The position numbers and the translations under genes are program-made. Of a DNA stretch of 64,000 nucleotides, positions 61,183 to 64,000 are shown piece by piece (the stretch's first letter is position 1; each line of letters begins with the position of its first letter). The notes under the pieces are model-generated. The model was given only the letters and a program-made list of their open reading frames with translations. It was not told the DNA's origin and did not search any database. The stretch spans positions 256,001-320,000 of the forward strand of contig CAWCKJ010000003.1 in the NCBI GenBank assembly GCA_963796105.1, given 5' to 3'. This DNA comes from a candidate division FCPU426 bacterium (GTDB lineage Bacteria; Oederibacteriota; Muellerivitia; Muellerivitales; Muellerivitaceae).

Positions 61183-62436
61183 ATGAATAACTTATCAAAA
61201 CCCCTTCCCCGTGTTTTACAGGGTAAACTTCAACAGGCTCTTAAACATTTCCCGGTTGTGGTTTTAACCGGGGCAAGGCAGACCGGCAAAAGCACCCTGA
61301 TCCAGCGTCTCCTGGACCCCAACAGGGAATACTACACGCTGGACGATATGGATGTGTTGGAGCGGGCCAAAAAGGAACCAGCCGCATTACTCCGGTCAAA
61401 CAAGCCCATAACCCTGGATGAGGTCCAACGCAGTCCTGAACTTCTTTTAACACTCAAGCGGGAGGTGGATCAGAACCGCCAGGCTGGACGGTTCCTTCTT
61501 TCGGGATCGGCTAACTTGGCCCTTATGAGCAAAGTCACCGAGTCGCTCGCGGGAAGGGCTGTTTACCTGGTCCTTAATCCATTCACTTTGTCCGAAAAAA
61601 AGGGCCAGGGCGGCTCCGGGCGGTGGGAGTTGCTTTTGGATAATCCATCCCAAACCGCCAAATCCTTTGAACCAAGCCAGGGTAAGCAAACGGTAAAGAT
61701 CGGGGACCTATTCGCCGGAGGTTTCCCCCCCATAGCTTTGGAAACGGACCGCTCTACCACAAAAGCCTGGCTGGAAGGTTACATTCAAACCTATTTGGAA
61801 CGGGATTTAAGGGCCTTATCCGCGGTATCAGACCTGGCCGATTTCAGGCGTCTCATGCGGCTCGCTGCTTTACGTTCGGGGAAAGTCGCCAACCAGAACG
61901 AGCTTGCCCGTGATGCCGGTTTAAAACAACCAACAGTCCATCGTTATTTGAACCTATTGGAGACTTCCTACGTTATCCGGAGAATTCCGGCTTATGCCGT
62001 GAATCGCTCCAGCCGGGTCATTAAAAGCCCTAAACTCTATTTCGTTGATACGGCTTTGGCGGCGGCGGGAGCTGGGGTTTACTCGCCGGAGGAGCTTGAA
62101 AAGGCCAATATGACCGGACACTTTTGGGAAACATTGGTGGTTAACGAACTGACGGCATGGAAAGAAACCGTCGATCCGAAACCTGAGATTCTCCATTGGC
62201 GCACGACGCAAAATGAGGAAGTGGATTTCATCGTTGAATGGGATGGAAAAGTGTACCCCATTGAAGTCAAGTCAGCGGAAAAGGCCAGGCTTGAGGATGT
62301 AAAACATATTCAAAAATTTTTCAAAGAATACGGAAAAACCGCTCCGCATGGATTAATTCTTTATAACGGTTCCAAATTCGAGGAGATCGCGGATCGGATT
62401 TGGGCAGTTCCAATGGGATTCGCCTTAGGATTGTAA
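61183..62436 (+). CDS. AAA+ ATPase (AAA_14) with DUF4143 nuclease-like C-terminus
   Basis: LTGARQTGKST, LDEVQ, LSGSA, GGFP, KSPKLYFVD, EVDF...IEVK. Confidence 0.93.
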   Translation: MNNLSKPLPRVLQGKLQQALKHFPVVVLTGARQTGKSTLIQRLLDPNREYYTLDDMDVLERAKKEPAALLRSNKPITLDEVQRSPELLLTLKREVDQNRQAGRFLLSGSANLALMSKVTESLAGRAVYLVLNPFTLSEKKGQGGSGRWELLLDNPSQTAKSFEPSQGKQTVKIGDLFAGGFPPIALETDRSTTKAWLEGYIQTYLERDLRALSAVSDLADFRRLMRLAALRSGKVANQNELARDAGLKQPTVHRYLNLLETSYVIRRIPAYAVNRSSRVIKSPKLYFVDTALAAAGAGVYSPEELEKANMTGHFWETLVVNELTAWKETVDPKPEILHWRTTQNEEVDFIVEWDGKVYPIEVKSAEKARLEDVKHIQKFFKEYGKTAPHGLILYNGSKFEEIADRIWAVPMGFALGL

Positions 62437-62788
62437 GCGGAATGGATATGGATGGAACGGAGGATTTAAGACCGAATCCTGGCCAGAATAAGAGATGGAT
62501 TTTGTGCTGTGCAGGAAAATGTATCGTGCTCGGCGAAATCATGGCACCTGCCAGATGGCTGACCCATAGTCAGCAAAGGCAATAAGAGCGCAATGCATCT
62601 TGAAAACAGCCCCGCGAAAGACCTTTCGATGGTTGTTGGGAGACTTTCCGCCTGGAAGCTTGCGGGAATATTTAAAAAGCGGTACAAGGGGATGATGGAA
62701 TACGCAGAAAGAAAAATCACTCAGTTAACCCTCGATGGTTGGAAAAAATTGTCGTGCTTAACAGAAAATTCCGGAAGATATTTTGTAA

Positions 62789-64000
62789 CAAACCGACCCC
62801 CTCCAGCACACGGTGAGCTACACCTACGACGTTCAGAACCACGTCTTGACGACAACCGACGCCAGGCACAACACCACCACCAACACCTACGATGCCAACG
62901 GCAACCTCCTGACCACCGCCAATCCAGACGGAGGCCAAACCCTGAACACCTATGACCCCACGAGCCACCTGCTTATATCCACCCAGGACGCCGAATTGAA
63001 CATGACGAATTACCTCTATGACGCCCAGGGAAATCTCATGACTGAAACCGACGGGGCCAACGGGAATAATCCCCAGGTGACCGATTACCAATACGATCCC
63101 AACGGCAACAGGAAAAAGGAAACCAAGCACAACAGTCCCAACCAGGTGACCCAATTCGCCTACGACAGCGAGAACCGGCTAGTGACGACCACCTACCCGG
63201 ACAACACCACGACCAGCACTATCTATGACGAATTAGGCAAGGCAGTGGGACAGGTGGACCAGAAAGGCCGCGACACAGGCACCTTGTACGACAACCTTGG
63301 AAGACCGGCCACCGTGACATACCCCGACCAGACCACCCAAATCACCCAGTACGATCAGGACGGCAGGCCCGTGACCGTGACTGACCGGGGAGGACGCAAC
63401 ACCGTCACAAACTACGACGAACTAGGCCGGGCCATCGGGGTGGTTTACCTGGGAGGGGGCGGGAGCACCTCCACGACTTATGATGACTTGGGAAGGGTGA
63501 TATCTACCACCGACGAGAACCTTCATACCACCAACTATACCTACGACGACGCCGGAAGAAGGACCCAGGTGACTGACGCCGAGTCAAAGACAACCCTATA
63601 CCAATACGACGAGAACGGGAACCAGCTCCAGGTTACGGACCCGGGCCTGAAATACGTGACGACCAATTACGACTCCATGAACCGCCCCACGACCGTTACT
63701 TATCCTGACACCTTCTGGACCGCCACTTCCTACGACCATTTGGGCCGCAAAACCAAAGACTTTGACCGCGACGGCCATGAGACGGACTACAAGTACGACG
63801 CCTTGGGAAGGCTTGTCGAGGTGGACCAAGTGGGAGATACTGGAATCCTCCCGACCTTATATGGTTATGACCAAGTCGGCAATGAGACCAGCCAGCAGGA
63901 CGCCAGGACAAATATTACCACTTACCAGTACGACGCCATGAACCGGAGGATCAAACGCAAACTTCCCGGAAACCAATACGAGACCTACGACTTTTACGAC
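62789..64000 (+). pseudogene. Rhs/YD-repeat protein fragment, 5'-truncated, running off the window
   Basis: Open frame from 62789 to the end: TDPLQHTVSYTYD...YDANGNLL...YDDAGRRTQVTD...YDALGRLVEV; preceded by an in-frame TAA; first possible start is GTG 62813. Confidence 0.85.

Noticed and set aside
62436..62788. Gene between the ATPase and the Rhs fragment
   Set aside because: Only short broken frames with no recognisable motif.

Overview
A 64-kb chromosomal window from a diderm bacterium (it carries OmpH/Skp, a predicted outer-membrane beta-barrel and lipoproteins); the lineage cannot be determined from this window. Most of it is + strand housekeeping: rph-rdgB, phosphomannomutase-rlmH, dinG, ruvB, an MCP, a Gld-like ABC system, fsa, queA, GH94, spoVS, dgt, argDFGH-lysA-dapAB, folK-dNK-panBCD-nadA, xseA, an RpoD-like sigma factor and seven tRNAs. 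There are three accessory zones: (1) a decaying toxin-antitoxin islet after tRNA-Arg(UCU), ending in an orphan ParB gene; (2) a BrnTA islet between tRNA-Val and tRNA-Ala; (3) a right-hand zone with an IS3 inserted into repeat-rich DNA, an AAA+/DUF4143 ATPase and a 5'-truncated Rhs fragment. The most unusual observations are these. The ParB gene carries five 17-bp palindromes at exact 42-bp spacing inside its coding sequence, a candidate self-encoded parS/operator array. A ~77-bp double-hairpin element with covarying stems occurs five times and repeatedly sits inside other miniature repeats. A 98/99-bp inverted repeat brackets a frameshifted pfkB gene. All product calls come from motif recognition by eye; no searches were run.
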